NCBI GenBank assembly: GCA_045134375.1
Contig: JBGUVL010000012.1
Location: forward strand, 2,845 to 66,844
From: Breznakia sp.
Lineage (GTDB): Bacteria; Bacillota_I; Bacilli_A; Erysipelotrichales; Erysipelotrichaceae
Length of the DNA: 64,000 bases
Direction: 5' to 3'
In this document: positions 19,791 through 30,488 of the stretch, in pieces
How the letters are laid out: every line of letters begins with the position of its first letter
How positions within the stretch are numbered: position 1 is the first letter of the stretch
Program-made: the position numbers and the translations under genes
Notes under the pieces: model-generated
What the model was told of the DNA's origin: nothing
The model's database searches: none
Seen by the model: only the letters and a program-made list of their open reading frames with translations

Positions 19791-19976
19791 TTACCAGCTT
19801 GCCTTCTTTACTCCAGGAATCTGTCCTTTATAAGCTAATTCTCTGAAGCAAACACGACATAGTTTGTATTTACGTAAAACTGAGTGAGGACGTCCACATC
19901 TTTCACAACGTGTATACTCACGTGTAGAAAACTTCTGAGGGCGTTTTGATTTAATAATCATTGCTTTCTTTGCCAT
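19791..19976 (-). CDS. rpsN: 30S ribosomal protein S14 type Z (zinc-binding, 61 aa)
   Basis: CERCGRP...CRVCFRE with CxxC pairs. Short form. Confidence 0.95.
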   Translation of the reverse strand: MAKKAMIIKSKRPQKFSTREYTRCERCGRPHSVLRKYKLCRVCFRELAYKGQIPGVKKASW

Positions 19977-19979
19977 TGA

Positions 19980-20528
19980 CTAGTGTCCTCCTTTTTTGAA
20001 AGGCATTCCCATTTCTTCTAGTAATGCTTTCGCTTCTTCGTTTGTCTTAGCAGTAGTGACAATTACAATGTCCATACCACGCAATTTATTTACCTTATCG
20101 TAATTGATTTCTGGGAAGATAATCTGTTCTTTAATTCCCAATGTGTAGTTTCCACGTCCATCGAAAGACGAAGCGCTAACACCACGGAAATCTCTTACAC
20201 GTGGTAGCGTAATGCTAACCAGCTTATCTAAGAAATCATACATTTTTTCACCACGAAGAGTTACTTTGCATCCAATTGGCATACCAGCTCTTAATTTAAA
20301 GTTGGCGATTGATTTCTTAGCTCTTGTGATCACTGGCTTTTGACCAGCAATCTGAGTTAATTCAGCAACTGCTTCATCTAATACTTTAGGATTGGCAACT
20401 GCTTCACCTAAACCAATGTTTAATACAATTTTTTCTACTTTAGGCACTTCCATAACAGAAGAGTAGTTGAATTTCTTCATTAAACTTGGTCCGATTTCTT
20501 TTACATATTTTTCATTTAGGCGGTTCAT
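19980..20528 (-). CDS. rplE: 50S ribosomal protein L5
   Basis: L5 sequence. Confidence 0.95.
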   Translation of the reverse strand: MNRLNEKYVKEIGPSLMKKFNYSSVMEVPKVEKIVLNIGLGEAVANPKVLDEAVAELTQIAGQKPVITRAKKSIANFKLRAGMPIGCKVTLRGEKMYDFLDKLVSITLPRVRDFRGVSASSFDGRGNYTLGIKEQIIFPEINYDKVNKLRGMDIVIVTTAKTNEEAKALLEEMGMPFKKGGH

Positions 20529-20540
20529 CTAATTACCTCC

Positions 20541-20849
20541 CTACTTGATTACAGCGCCAGTCTTTGCATAGACGCGCACTTTTTTACCGTTTTCTTCTTT
20601 GTATGCGACACGGCTAGCCTTTTTCGCCTTCGCATCATAAGCCATTACATTAGACACGTGGATTGGGGCTTCAAATTCCGCAATACCACCATCTGGATTC
20701 TGCTGTGTAGGTTTTAAGTGTTTTTTCTTCATATTTACACCAGCAACCACAACCATATTTTTAGAAGGGATTGCTTTGATTACTTCAGCAACAGTACCTT
20801 TATCAGCACCTGTAATAACCTGAACTTTATCACCTTTTTTGATTTTCAC
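20541..20849 (-). CDS. rplX: 50S ribosomal protein L24
   Basis: MKIKKGDKVQVITG..., KOW domain, L24. Confidence 0.95.
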   Translation of the reverse strand: MKIKKGDKVQVITGADKGTVAEVIKAIPSKNMVVVAGVNMKKKHLKPTQQNPDGGIAEFEAPIHVSNVMAYDAKAKKASRVAYKEENGKKVRVYAKTGAVIK

Positions 20850-20861
20850 TAGAGTTACCTC

Positions 20862-21230
20862 CTATAACACTTCTGGTGCTAAAGACACGATTTTCATAAA
20901 GTCTTTATCACGAAGTTCTCTTGCCACTGGTCCGAAAATACGAGTTCCACGTGGTGTTTTATCATCTTTAATAATTACTACTGCGTTGTCGTCAAATTTA
21001 ATGTAAGTTCCGTTTTCTCTTCTCACACCATATTTTGTACGAACGATAACGGCTTTTACAACGTCACCTTTCTTAACAGTACCACCTGGAGCAGCCTGCT
21101 TAACGGCACATACTACAATGTCACCGATGTTAGAAGTTCTACGTCTGCTTCCTCCAAGTCCACGGATTACTAATACTTCTTTCGCTCCTGTATTGTCGGC
21201 TACGCGTAATCTTGTTTCATTCTGAATCAT
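20862..21230 (-). CDS. rplN: 50S ribosomal protein L14
   Basis: [17 protein letters not shown]..., L14. Confidence 0.95.
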   Translation of the reverse strand: MIQNETRLRVADNTGAKEVLVIRGLGGSRRRTSNIGDIVVCAVKQAAPGGTVKKGDVVKAVIVRTKYGVRRENGTYIKFDDNAVVIIKDDKTPRGTRIFGPVARELRDKDFMKIVSLAPEVL

Positions 21231-21249
21231 TTGTATTACCCTCCTCGAC

Positions 21250-21510
21250 CTATAGAACTACAGCTTTTTCAACGATTTCAACTAAACGGAATCTCTTAGT
21301 AGCACTTAATGGACGTGTTTCCATAATAACTACCTTATCACCAACTTTAGCTTCATTGTTTTCGTCGTGAGCCTTGAATTTCTTTGAATATTTAACACGT
21401 TTTCCATACAAAGGATGTGTTTTCTTAGTTTCAACAATAACAGTGATTGTTTTATCCATCTTATCGGAAACTACCGTTCCACGATATACTTTACGGCTAG
21501 ATCTTTCCAC
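21250..21510 (-). CDS. rpsQ: 30S ribosomal protein S17
   Basis: S17 sequence. Confidence 0.95.
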   Translation of the reverse strand: MERSSRKVYRGTVVSDKMDKTITVIVETKKTHPLYGKRVKYSKKFKAHDENNEAKVGDKVVIMETRPLSATKRFRLVEIVEKAVVL

Positions 21511-21524
21511 TTTTATGATCCTCC

Positions 21525-21725
21525 TTATTTCTGACTTGCTGTTTCACGTTCTGTGATGACAGTCTTAATACGTGCAATTGTCTTTTTCACATCTTTCATA
21601 CGAGCTGTGTTTTCCAACTGCCCTGTAGCTTGCTGGAAGCGAAGGTTGAAAAGTTCTTCCTTTAAGCTTTCGATGTCTTTCAGCAATTCTTCATTGCTTC
21701 TTTCTCTAATTTCTTTTGCTAGCAT
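21525..21725 (-). CDS. rpmC: 50S ribosomal protein L29
   Basis: L29 sequence. Confidence 0.95.
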   Translation of the reverse strand: MLAKEIRERSNEELLKDIESLKEELFNLRFQQATGQLENTARMKDVKKTIARIKTVITERETASQK

Positions 21726-21728
21726 GGA

Positions 21729-22142
21729 TTACTTTTCTCCTTTCTTCACGAATTTACACTTCACTGGCAATTTGTGAGATGCTAAACGGAATGCTTCACG
21801 TGCAACTTCTTCCGATACACCAGCGATTTCAAACATAATACGTCCTGGTTTTACTACTGCTACCCAGCTATCTGGAGCACCCTTACCAGAACCCATACGT
21901 ACTTCTAATGGTTTCTTAGTTCTTGCCATGTGAGGGAAGATTTTAATCCAAACCTTACCACCACGTTTCATATAACGTGTCATGGCAATACGAGCCGCTT
22001 CAATCTGGCGGTTACTTACGTAGTTACCAGTATCAGCCATCAATCCATATTCACCGAATGCGATTTCACGTCCGGCTTTGGAACGACCTTCGTAAGATAA
22101 ACGGTGAGGTCTTCTATATTTTGTTCTTTTAGGCATTAACAT
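21729..22142 (-). CDS. rplP: 50S ribosomal protein L16
   Basis: [11 protein letters not shown]..., L16. Confidence 0.95.
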   Translation of the reverse strand: MLMPKRTKYRRPHRLSYEGRSKAGREIAFGEYGLMADTGNYVSNRQIEAARIAMTRYMKRGGKVWIKIFPHMARTKKPLEVRMGSGKGAPDSWVAVVKPGRIMFEIAGVSEEVAREAFRLASHKLPVKCKFVKKGEK

Positions 22143-22144
22143 AA

Positions 22145-22912
22145 TTAGTTGTTACCTCCTTCAGTAGTAGCAGCTTCTTTTTTCGGAGCAGACTGCTGAG
22201 AACGTCTATTGTTACGATCTCCTCTTCTGTTATTTCTTCTGCGTTCACCCTTTGGTGCTTCTGGTTCTTTTACCATTTCCCCTGGTAGCACTTCACCACG
22301 GCAAATCCATACTTTTACCCCTAAGCGTCCATAAGTTGTTGCAGCTTCTTCCCATGCATAATCGATATCAGCACGTAATGTATGTAAAGGTACATTACCT
22401 TCTGAATATCCTTCGGTACGAGCCATATCAGCTCCACCTAAACGTCCAGAAACAGCGGTTTTAATACCTTTGGCACCAGCACGCATTGTTCTCTGGATCG
22501 CTTTTTTCTGTGCCGTTCTGAAAGAAGCACGGTTTTCCAACTGATCGGCAATACTTCTAGCTACTAATTTAGCATCTAAATCTGGATTAGCAATTTCCAT
22601 TACTTTAATGAAAATGTTCTTTCCACCAGTCATTTTCACTAGTTTTTTCTTTAAACCTTCAACAACTTCACCACCGTTGCCACCGATTACCATACCCGGA
22701 CGAGCCGTTCTGATAATTACTTCAACGCGGTTTTTCGAACGTTCAATTTCAACTTTTGATACGGAAGCAGCTTTTAATTCCTTGAATAAGAATTCACGAA
22801 TTTTAACGTCTTCTAATAATAAATCGGCATATTCCTTGTCAGCATACCAACGTGATTCCCAATCACGAATAACACCAACTCTTAATCCGATAGGACTTAC
22901 TTTCTGACCCAT
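22145..22912 (-). CDS. rpsC: 30S ribosomal protein S3 (with a basic C-terminal extension)
   Basis: [13 protein letters not shown]..., S3, plus an Arg/Asn-rich tail. Confidence 0.95.
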   Translation of the reverse strand: MGQKVSPIGLRVGVIRDWESRWYADKEYADLLLEDVKIREFLFKELKAASVSKVEIERSKNRVEVIIRTARPGMVIGGNGGEVVEGLKKKLVKMTGGKNIFIKVMEIANPDLDAKLVARSIADQLENRASFRTAQKKAIQRTMRAGAKGIKTAVSGRLGGADMARTEGYSEGNVPLHTLRADIDYAWEEAATTYGRLGVKVWICRGEVLPGEMVKEPEAPKGERRRNNRRGDRNNRRSQQSAPKKEAATTEGGNN

Positions 22913-22922
22913 GAGCTACCTC

Positions 22923-23258
22923 CTAATCTCTTTCTGCCACACATACAGTGATGTGGCATGTTCTCTTGTGAATAGCACTTGCGCTTCCTTTTGCACGAGG
23001 CATGAAACGTTTCAATGTTACTCCTTCATTTACGTAGCAAGAGCTTACGTATAATTTTTCTTCATTTAAATCATTGTTATTAACAGCATTTGCTACTGCT
23101 GAGTTCAATACTTTACCAATTGCTTCAGCTGCGAAGTTTGGAGTAAAGCGCAGAATAGCTGCTGCTTCTTCTACATCTTTCCCACGGATAAGGTCGATAA
23201 CCAGACGAGCTTTTCTAGGTGGGATTCTTAATGTTTTTGCTGTTGCTTTAATTTCCAT
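22923..23258 (-). CDS. rplV: 50S ribosomal protein L22
   Basis: Start trimmed to [22 protein letters not shown] at 23256-23258 behind AGAGGAAA. The longer ORF would overlap rpsS. Confidence 0.9.
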   Translation of the reverse strand: MEIKATAKTLRIPPRKARLVIDLIRGKDVEEAAAILRFTPNFAAEAIGKVLNSAVANAVNNNDLNEEKLYVSSCYVNEGVTLKRFMPRAKGSASAIHKRTCHITVCVAERD

Positions 23259-23271
23259 TATGATTTCCTCT

Positions 23272-23550
23272 CTATCTCTTAGCTTTCTTATCGTCTCCGC
23301 CGTGATCAGCGTATTTTCTTGTTGGTACGAATTCACCTAATTTGTGCCCTACCATATCTTCTGTTACATATACAGGGATGTGTTCTTTACCATTGTAAAC
23401 GGCAAAAGTGTGTTCCACGAACTGTGGGAAAATTGTTGAACGACGTGACCAAGTTTTAATCACTTCTTTTTTACCAGACGCATTCAATGCTTCCACTTTC
23501 TTCATCAAGTGATCATCACAGAAAGGTCCTTTTTTCAAACTACGACTCAT
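23272..23550 (-). CDS. rpsS: 30S ribosomal protein S19
   Basis: [10 protein letters not shown]..., S19. Confidence 0.95.
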   Translation of the reverse strand: MSRSLKKGPFCDDHLMKKVEALNASGKKEVIKTWSRRSTIFPQFVEHTFAVYNGKEHIPVYVTEDMVGHKLGEFVPTRKYADHGGDDKKAKR

Positions 23551-23572
23551 TTATTTTACCTCCTTTGCCTTC

Positions 23573-24406
23573 TTACTTAGCATTACGACGACGGACAATC
23601 AATTTGTCAGAAGCGTTTTTCTTCTTACGAGTAATAACACCCATAGCTTTCTTACCCCAAGGAGTCATTGGAGATTTACGACCAATTGAAGTACGTCCTT
23701 CCCCACCACCATGAGGGTGATCATTAGGGTTCATAACAGAACCACGAACGGTAGGTCTAACACCTTTCCATCTATTTCTACCAGCTTTACCGATATTTAC
23801 TAAGCTGTGGTCTTCATTACCAACAACACCGATCGTAGCGCGGCAATTAGCCAATACTTTTCTAACTTCTCCGCTGGATAAACGTAATGTTACATATTTT
23901 TCTTCAATACCTAAAATCTGAGCAGAACATCCAGCACTTCTTGCTAACTGTCCACCTTTTCCTGGTTTTAATTCTACATTGTGAATAAAAGTACCTTCCG
24001 GAATATCTTTCATTTCTAATGAGTTACCAACTTTGATATCAGCACCTTCACCAGATTGAACTTTAGCACCAACACTCAATCCTTTAGGAGCTAAGATATA
24101 TCTCTTTTCTCCATCCGCATAGTTTAATAGAGCGATGTTAGCACTTCTATTTGGATCGTATTCGATTGTTGCAACTGTTGCAGGAATACCATCCTTATTT
24201 CTTTTGAAGTCGATAATACGATACTGACGCTTGTGTCCTCCACCCTTGTGACGAGTAGTGATGCGTCCGTTATTGTTTCGACCAGCATTCTTGTTTAATG
24301 AAACAGTCAATGAACGTTCTGGCTTAGTAGCAGTAATTTCATCGAATGTCAAAGTTGTCATGCCACGACGACCATTGGTCGTTGGCTTATACTTTTTGAT
24401 ACCCAT
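23573..24406 (-). CDS. rplB: 50S ribosomal protein L2
   Basis: L2 sequence with the [13 protein letters not shown] motif. Confidence 0.95.
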   Translation of the reverse strand: MGIKKYKPTTNGRRGMTTLTFDEITATKPERSLTVSLNKNAGRNNNGRITTRHKGGGHKRQYRIIDFKRNKDGIPATVATIEYDPNRSANIALLNYADGEKRYILAPKGLSVGAKVQSGEGADIKVGNSLEMKDIPEGTFIHNVELKPGKGGQLARSAGCSAQILGIEEKYVTLRLSSGEVRKVLANCRATIGVVGNEDHSLVNIGKAGRNRWKGVRPTVRGSVMNPNDHPHGGGEGRTSIGRKSPMTPWGKKAMGVITRKKKNASDKLIVRRRNAK

Positions 24407-24459
24407 GTATTTTCCTCCTAACGCGTTTTAACGAGAAATAGCGCGATTCTTCTCGACTC

Positions 24460-24747
24460 TTATTCTCCGAATAAGTTGATATCCTGTCCAGCAGCCACTT
24501 TTACTACCGCTTTACGAACAGCCTTTGTTTTTCCAACGTATTTACCCATTCTCTTTTTCTTAGGTTTTACGTTTAAGATGTTTACTTTTTCAACTTTTAC
24601 ATTGAAAATTTCTTCAATTGCCTGTTTTACTTCTGTTTTATTTGACCCTTTTGCAACTTCAAACGTCACTTTGTTGTCAGCGTCCATCAATTTCATTGAC
24701 TTTTCCGTAATGATTGGACGGATGATAATGTCTCTAGCGTTACTCAT
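24460..24747 (-). CDS. rplW: 50S ribosomal protein L23
   Basis: L23 sequence. Confidence 0.95.
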   Translation of the reverse strand: MSNARDIIIRPIITEKSMKLMDADNKVTFEVAKGSNKTEVKQAIEEIFNVKVEKVNILNVKPKKKRMGKYVGKTKAVRKAVVKVAAGQDINLFGE

Positions 24748-25376
24748 TATCCAAGTACCTCCTCAACCATTTTCACAGCACTTTCAGTGAAAACAATTTT
24801 GTTTGCGTTTACGATATCGTAAACGTTAATTCCTTCCGCCAGCACCATTTCCATTGTTTCAATATTTCTCATTGATAAGTAAGCATTTTCGAAATCTTCT
24901 TCTGGAGAAACAACGAATAATGTTTTCTTAACCGCACCGATATTTTCAATAATCTTGTTGAATTCCTTTGTTTTAGGAGCTGCTAATGCAAACTTATCAA
25001 CAACGATCATAGCATCGCTGGCAACTTTTTCAGACAGCACTGATTTTAATGCTAATCTTCTTACTTTTTTATTTAAAGAATATTTGTAGCTTCTTGGTGT
25101 AGGTCCAAATACCGTTCCACCACCACGCCACTGAGTAGCTCTGATAGAACCCTGGCGAGCACGTCCAGTCCCTTTCTGACGATATGGCTTACGTCCACCA
25201 CCTCTAACTTCAGTACGAGTTTTTGTATCGTGTGTACCTTGACGTCTGCTAGCTTGCTGCATCACGATAGCGTCAAAGATTACCTGCTGATTTGGTTCTA
25301 CTTCGAATACTTCCGGGTTTAAAGTAATTTCTTTTACCTTCTGCCCTTCCTGGTTAATAACTGTAATGTTAGCCAT
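24747..25376 (-). CDS. rplD: 50S ribosomal protein L4
   Basis: L4 sequence. Confidence 0.95.
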   Translation of the reverse strand: MANITVINQEGQKVKEITLNPEVFEVEPNQQVIFDAIVMQQASRRQGTHDTKTRTEVRGGGRKPYRQKGTGRARQGSIRATQWRGGGTVFGPTPRSYKYSLNKKVRRLALKSVLSEKVASDAMIVVDKFALAAPKTKEFNKIIENIGAVKKTLFVVSPEEDFENAYLSMRNIETMEMVLAEGINVYDIVNANKIVFTESAVKMVEEVLG

Positions 25377-25379
25377 CTT

Positions 25380-26084
25380 TTATTCCTCCTCAGCTGCAGT
25401 TTCTGTTGGAGTGTAATCAACTAAAGTTTTAGCTCCACCTTTAGCCTTGCTTCTCTTTACTGCAGATTTTACTAATACCAATCCTTTTTTAGGACCTGGA
25501 ACATTTCCTTTGATTAATAAACAGTTGTTTTCTACATCTACCTTAATGATTTCTAAATTCTGGTTTGTAGTAGTGTAACCACCTTCTTGCCCAGCCATGA
25601 TAGTACCTTTACTAATCTTACCGGCACGAGAAGTGATACCAATCGTCGCTAATGAACCAATGTGTCTGATGTTTTTAGATCCACCATGACTCTTAGGTCC
25701 CATAGTAGCGTTGTTTCTTACGATTGTACCGTTGTAACCTTTTCCTTTTGAAGTACCCTGTACATCAACCATATCTCCAGCTTCAAAGATATCAACCTTA
25801 ACAACATCTCCTAAAGCAACGTTCATTTCGTTCCCTCTGATTTCTTTTGCGAATTTCTTAGGAGCAGTGTTGGCTTTTGCAGCATGACCTTTGCTAGCCT
25901 TTGTTGCTCTGTGTTCCTTCACATCTTCAAATCCTAACTGAACTGCTTCGTATCCATCGTTTTCCACTGTCTTAACCTGTAACACAGTGTTTGGTGTAGC
26001 TTCCACTACAGTCACAGGAATTAACACACCATCTTCTGTGAAGACCTGTGTCATCCCGATCTTACGTCCTAATATACCTTTCAT
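25380..26084 (-). CDS. rplC: 50S ribosomal protein L3
   Basis: [15 protein letters not shown]..., L3, with a short acidic C-terminal tail. Confidence 0.95.
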   Translation of the reverse strand: MKGILGRKIGMTQVFTEDGVLIPVTVVEATPNTVLQVKTVENDGYEAVQLGFEDVKEHRATKASKGHAAKANTAPKKFAKEIRGNEMNVALGDVVKVDIFEAGDMVDVQGTSKGKGYNGTIVRNNATMGPKSHGGSKNIRHIGSLATIGITSRAGKISKGTIMAGQEGGYTTTNQNLEIIKVDVENNCLLIKGNVPGPKKGLVLVKSAVKRSKAKGGAKTLVDYTPTETAAEEE

Positions 26085-26095
26085 GTTAGCACCTC

Positions 26096-26407
26096 CTATA
26101 ACTTAATCTCGATGTCAACACCACTAGGTAATTCTAAACGACTTAAAGCGTCGATAGTTTCTGCGCTAGGGCCAACAATTTCGATTAAACGCTTGTGAGT
26201 TCTGATTTCGAACTGTTCACGAGAGTCCTTATATTTGTGTACCGCACGCAGGATTGTGACAACCTGCTTTTCAGTTGGTAATGGTACTGGACCAACAATC
26301 TTCTTAGCACCGTGAGCCTGTGCTGATTCCACGATCTTTTCTGCTGATGCATCTAAAGTTCTGTGTTCATACGCTTTCAATCGGATGCGTACTGTATTTT
26401 TTGCCAT
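26096..26407 (-). CDS. rpsJ: 30S ribosomal protein S10
   Basis: S10 sequence, first gene of the S10 operon. Confidence 0.95.
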   Translation of the reverse strand: MAKNTVRIRLKAYEHRTLDASAEKIVESAQAHGAKKIVGPVPLPTEKQVVTILRAVHKYKDSREQFEIRTHKRLIEIVGPSAETIDALSRLELPSGVDIEIKL

Positions 26408-26530
26408 GATATATCTCCTTTCATCTATAATGATTTATAGACTCGCTCGATGCGAATTCCCTGACCCACCACTCATGACAACGTTTTTCAGTGTGTCAGC
26501 AACCTCGCACGTCCATGCGGTCGTGATGAT

Positions 26531-26559
26531 ATTTTATCATGTAGCGGGTGTGATTGCAA
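26531..26559 (-). promoter_or_regulatory. Sigma-A-type promoter of the S10 operon
   Basis: Minus strand has TTGCAA, a 17-nt spacer, then TAAAAT with an upstream TG (TGATAAAAT). It leaves a ~115-120-nt leader. Confidence 0.5.
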
Positions 26560-26683
26560 TAACTTTTTACGCTTTTTTTATTCTTTTACCGTTCCATAAA
26601 ACCCCTTAAAATAAGTCTATTTAACCCCAAACAAAGAGAGCGCTTACATTTTTTGTTTTCTTTTCGCATTTGCTTTCAACAAT

Positions 26684-26723
26684 AAAAAAAACAGACTTTT
26701 TATCACAAAAAGAGCTGTTTTTT
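26684..26723 (-). terminator. Rho-independent (bidirectional-looking) terminator after the DUF308 gene
   Basis: ACAGCTCTTTTT-gtgat-AAAAAGTCTGT followed by a T8 run on the minus strand. Confidence 0.5.
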
Positions 26724-26736
26724 GGAATTTTCGGTT

Positions 26737-27324
26737 TCACATTCTTAATTCTTTCATCGATATTGCCTCCATAAGCAACAATATGCCATTGCTAATCAAA
26801 TACAGAGCAACAACGAAATTCAACACAATAGCTGAAGAAAGTGGCATCACGATAAAAACAATCGAAAGTAAAATAGTCACTATACCACTGAGACGAAACA
26901 TCGCTGTATTTGGTATTGCAAAATTGCGCATACGATTTGCAAACGACAATTTTTCTGCACCAGAGAACATCAATACGATCGCTAACATAAAAGCAATCAT
27001 AGTGGCTGTAATTTCAACAGGAGTTGACAATAAAAACCAGCCAAACATAATATTCATAATACCCATCACAATAACAAGTGGTTCCTTAAAATAAGATGTT
27101 GTACATAGATAAGTAATGACTTGGTAGATTCCCCAAGCCATCAACACAATCGATACCACCACTTGCAATAATTGGAATATCTCGATTGGATAGGCTATAC
27201 ATAGAATACCCAAAATAACCATTGCAAACCCTAAAGCAAAGCATCCGATCCGCAATGAGCGAACATGTCGGTTCCAATTATTTTTAAATTGTACAATTGG
27301 ATCAAAACCATGAAAACGGTTCAT
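26737..27324 (-). CDS. DUF308/HdeD-like integral membrane protein
   Basis: Six predicted TM segments in a repeated pattern, with size typical of the HdeD family. Assigned by eye only. Confidence 0.45.
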   Translation of the reverse strand: MNRFHGFDPIVQFKNNWNRHVRSLRIGCFALGFAMVILGILCIAYPIEIFQLLQVVVSIVLMAWGIYQVITYLCTTSYFKEPLVIVMGIMNIMFGWFLLSTPVEITATMIAFMLAIVLMFSGAEKLSFANRMRNFAIPNTAMFRLSGIVTILLSIVFIVMPLSSAIVLNFVVALYLISNGILLLMEAISMKELRM

Positions 27325-27408
27325 CCTATCATCTCCATTTCTTTTCTATATATTATAGTATGTTACCAAAAAATACGATAGCCAAATAATCGAAAAAATT
27401 TTTAATCT

Positions 27409-28152
27409 CTAATCCAAATAATCCTTCAAATATTCCGCTATAGAACGACTCATTTCTAATGCGAAGTCAGATTCATATTTTCGCTTGCAGAAAGCTTCCA
27501 TACGTTGTTCATATTGATAAAGATTCCCTTCCTGCCGCTGACCTCTTTCCTTAAACATTTCTTTTAATTCTTTGCTATTTTTTTGGTGATAGTAGTTTTC
27601 ACAAACCATTTGTTCATAAGTAAAGCGCTCTGGTTTTCTTCGATTTAACTGTTGCTCACTTGGATAGCCAAAAACCAGAAAAGCAGCAGGAAATACAAAT
27701 TTAGGTAAATGTAGCAATTTTCTATGAAATTCGCACTGCTCCATAATATCACCAATATAGCAAGAGCCAATCCCCAAACTTTCTGCTGCCACCACGGCAT
27801 TCTGTGCGGCAATCAAAGCATCATTGACTGCTAACAAGAATTCTCCAGCAGCTGGTTTACGAACCTTCTCATTGATCGATGAAAACACATCATACCATTT
27901 CTGATAATCAGCACAAAAAATCAAAGCCATCTTCGCATCGGCAATGAAAGGTTGATGATCACAACTATCCGCCAATTGATTTAGAACATTTTGATCCGTG
28001 ATATCAATAATTGTATACATACTCTGATTTCCTGCCGTTGGCGCTTCAATTGCACTTTGGATAATTAATCTTTTTTCTTCCTCTTTAATCTCTCGCCCAG
28101 TAAATACACGGACGGACTTTCTTAATTTTAATTGTTTGATTATTTCATTCAT
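27409..28152 (-). CDS. Nitroreductase family protein
   Basis: LRKSVRVFTGREI...APTAGNQSMYTI..., typical nitroreductase N-terminus and fold length. Confidence 0.8.
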   Translation of the reverse strand: MNEIIKQLKLRKSVRVFTGREIKEEEKRLIIQSAIEAPTAGNQSMYTIIDITDQNVLNQLADSCDHQPFIADAKMALIFCADYQKWYDVFSSINEKVRKPAAGEFLLAVNDALIAAQNAVVAAESLGIGSCYIGDIMEQCEFHRKLLHLPKFVFPAAFLVFGYPSEQQLNRRKPERFTYEQMVCENYYHQKNSKELKEMFKERGQRQEGNLYQYEQRMEAFCKRKYESDFALEMSRSIAEYLKDYLD

Positions 28153-28303
28153 ACCTCATATCCTCTCTTATATTACTAAAAACGCGCAAAACAAATCGAT
28201 ATGTTATTTACCATTTTCTTTGGTGACTGAAAAAGGTATCTTTGCTATCCATCGTTAATAATAATTCAAATAAGATCAAAAGAAAAGAAAAACGATATTT
28301 TAT

Positions 28304-28342
28304 ATAAAAACCCTCCTAACTGATTTTACCAGTAAGGAGGGG
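28304..28342 (-). terminator. Rho-independent terminator after thiT
   Basis: Minus strand reads CCCTCCTTACTGG-taaaa-TCAGTTAGGAGGG followed by TTTTTAT. Confidence 0.6.
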
Positions 28343-28366
28343 CTTATCAAAAAGCAAAGCTTTTTC

Positions 28367-28927
28367 TTAATCTTTAATTCCAACAAACTCGGTTGGACGC
28401 GTATTTTTCAATTTCATTACCAGTAATGGAGCAACGATAACCGCTACGATCAATGTTGGCAAACAATAGGTAAGATTGTATCCGAAAGAATAAACCCAAG
28501 CATCCAAAGACCAAGCTGCTGTTCCTTCCGGGAACCAATACCATACTCCTACTAAAACGTGGGAAGCATATTTCACTAGCATTCCCAAAACAACACCGGC
28601 ATAAACATTGTTTTTTCCAACTTTCGGACAAAGTGAGGCCATTCCACAAGCTAATAATGGAAGAATGTAATCCAAGAAAATCTGCCCTGGAGCGTACAAC
28701 CAAGAATTCAATCCTAGCATTGTTTCTGTAATAAATACTAGAATTGCCGTTAATCCACCTTTCCACCATCCTAAGTGAAAAGAAGCAGCAAATAGCGCAA
28801 TAACATGCAATTCTAATTTACCACCAAATGGCATTTCAAAAGGAATCATCTTACTTAGATACTCCAACGCCAGCGCTAACGCAATGTAAAACGCCATAAA
28901 TACCAGATCTTTAGTTTTAAATTTCAT
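28367..28927 (-). CDS. thiT: ECF-type thiamine transporter S-component ThiT
   Basis: ThiT-like 6-TM protein (MKFKTKDLVFMAFYIALALALEYL...) directly downstream of a TPP riboswitch. Start trimmed to the ATG at 28925-28927 behind GGAGGTG. Confidence 0.75.
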   Translation of the reverse strand: MKFKTKDLVFMAFYIALALALEYLSKMIPFEMPFGGKLELHVIALFAASFHLGWWKGGLTAILVFITETMLGLNSWLYAPGQIFLDYILPLLACGMASLCPKVGKNNVYAGVVLGMLVKYASHVLVGVWYWFPEGTAAWSLDAWVYSFGYNLTYCLPTLIVAVIVAPLLVMKLKNTRPTEFVGIKD

Positions 28928-28991
28928 AAAAAAACACCTCCATGTGAGGCGCAGCAAGTATTTCCTTATTTTTGAACAGCAAAATAAGTAA

Positions 28992-29098
28992 AGACTCCCT
29001 ACGCTAGTACTAACTAGATCAGGTCATAAGGGACCGGCATTTCTGCTCATCTCAGCTTTCCTTTGCTTTCACAACAAGAATAAGCGCCCCTGTCTTGA
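28992..29098 (-). promoter_or_regulatory. TPP (THI-box) riboswitch
   Basis: Minus strand reads ..ACAGGGGCGC..GCTGAGATGAGC..GGTCCCTTATGACCTGATCTAGTTAGTACTAGCGTAGGGAG.., matching the conserved CUGAGA and ACCUGAUCUGGAUAAUGCCAGCGUAGGGA cores. Confidence 0.85.
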
Positions 29099-29154
29099 CG
29101 GTAGTATTATAGCAGACATTGTTTTCAATAGCAAATTTAATTCTTTTTTACCGA

Positions 29155-29186
29155 TAAAAAAAGCTCTCATCAAGAGAGCTTTTTAT
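29155..29186 (-). terminator. Rho-independent terminator after tuf
   Basis: Minus strand reads AAAAGCTCTC-ttgat-GAGAGCTTTT followed by a T run. Confidence 0.65.
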
Positions 29187-29203
29187 CCTGTAATCGTGTG
29201 TAA

Positions 29204-30388
29204 TTACTTAATAATTTCAGTAACGTTACCAGCACCTACGGTACGTCCACCTTCACGAATAGAGAACTTAGTTCCCTGTTCGATAGCGATTGGAGCGATC
29301 AATTCAACTGTCATTGTAACGTTATCCCCTGGCATAACCATTTCTGTTCCTTCTGGTAAAGTGATTACTCCAGTAACGTCTGTTGTTCTGAAATAGAACT
29401 GAGGACGGTAGTTAGAAACGAATGGTGTGTGACGTCCACCTTCTTCTTTTGTCAGTACATATACCTGAGCATTGAAGTTTGTGTGAGGAGTTACACTTCC
29501 TGGCTTACATAAAATCTGTCCACGAACAACTTCGTCACGAGAAACACCACGTAATAATGCACCGATGTTATCTCCTGCTTCAGCGAAGTCTAACAGTTTA
29601 CGGAACATTTCGATTCCTGTAACAACTGTTTTTCTTGTAGGCTTAATACCAACGATTTCAACTTCTTCATTCAGTTTTAAGATACCACGTTCAACACGTC
29701 CAGTAGCAACAGTACCACGTCCAGTGATTGTAAATACGTCTTCTACAGACATTAAGAATGGTTTGTCGTTTTCACGAGCTGGATCTGGAATATAGCTGTC
29801 AACAGCATCCATTAATTCATTGATAGCACCAATCCACTGTTCTTCACCGTTCAATGCACCTAATGCAGAACCACGGATGATTGGAGCGTTTTCTCCATCA
29901 AATCCATATTCGCTTAATAAGTCACGAACTTCCATTTCAACTAAGTCGATTAATTCTTCATCATCAACCATATCGCACTTATTTAAGAATACGATAATTT
30001 TTTCTACACCTACCTGGCTAGCTAACAGGATGTGTTCACGAGTCTGTGGCATAGGTCCATCAGTTGCAGCTACTACTAAGATAGCTCCGTCCATCTGAGC
30101 AGCACCTGTGATCATGTTCTTAACGTAGTCAGCGTGACCTGGGCAGACAACGTGTGCATAGTGACGATTGTCTGTCTGATATTCAACGTGTGCAGTATTG
30201 ATTGTGATTCCACGTTCTTTTTCTTCTGGTGCACCGTCGATCTGATCATAAGCCTGAGCTTCTGCCTGACCTTTGCTTGCTAATACAGTAGTAATAGCTG
30301 CTGTTAATGTAGTTTTACCGTGGTCAACGTGACCAATTGTACCAATGTTAACATGAGTTTTACTTCTGTCAAACTTTTCTTTTGCCAT
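29204..30388 (-). CDS. tuf: Elongation factor Tu (carries Val at the invariant DxxG Asp, see findings)
   Basis: Full-length EF-Tu with GHVDHGKTT and NKCD. The G3 motif reads HVVCPGH instead of HVDCPGH. Confidence 0.95.
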   Translation of the reverse strand: MAKEKFDRSKTHVNIGTIGHVDHGKTTLTAAITTVLASKGQAEAQAYDQIDGAPEEKERGITINTAHVEYQTDNRHYAHVVCPGHADYVKNMITGAAQMDGAILVVAATDGPMPQTREHILLASQVGVEKIIVFLNKCDMVDDEELIDLVEMEVRDLLSEYGFDGENAPIIRGSALGALNGEEQWIGAINELMDAVDSYIPDPARENDKPFLMSVEDVFTITGRGTVATGRVERGILKLNEEVEIVGIKPTRKTVVTGIEMFRKLLDFAEAGDNIGALLRGVSRDEVVRGQILCKPGSVTPHTNFNAQVYVLTKEEGGRHTPFVSNYRPQFYFRTTDVTGVITLPEGTEMVMPGDNVTMTVELIAPIAIEQGTKFSIREGGRTVGAGNVTEIIK

Positions 30389-30488
30389 TTTTTAATTTCC
30401 TCCTAAATAATGAGCCTTTTACATTTGGCTGTACATATAGTATTTTAATTCAAAATACCTATAAAAGCAACACTTTATCGCTAATTTA

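Noticed and set aside
23259-23336. N-terminal extensions in ORF-track calls: rplV to 23336, rpsL to 33526, rplJ to 45035, trkA to 49629, thiT to 28957, rpoA to 13481, rpoC to 39043, CapA to 5061, VanY to 6034 and crp to 50899.
   Set aside because: Internal starts have proper Shine-Dalgarno spacing, match the family N-termini, and avoid overlap with upstream genes or leaders. The extensions were trimmed.
28374-28769. 131-aa ORF overlapping thiT in another frame.
   Set aside because: The thiT frame gives a coherent ECF S-component behind a TPP riboswitch. The alternative frame is Arg/Cys/Ser-rich nonsense.
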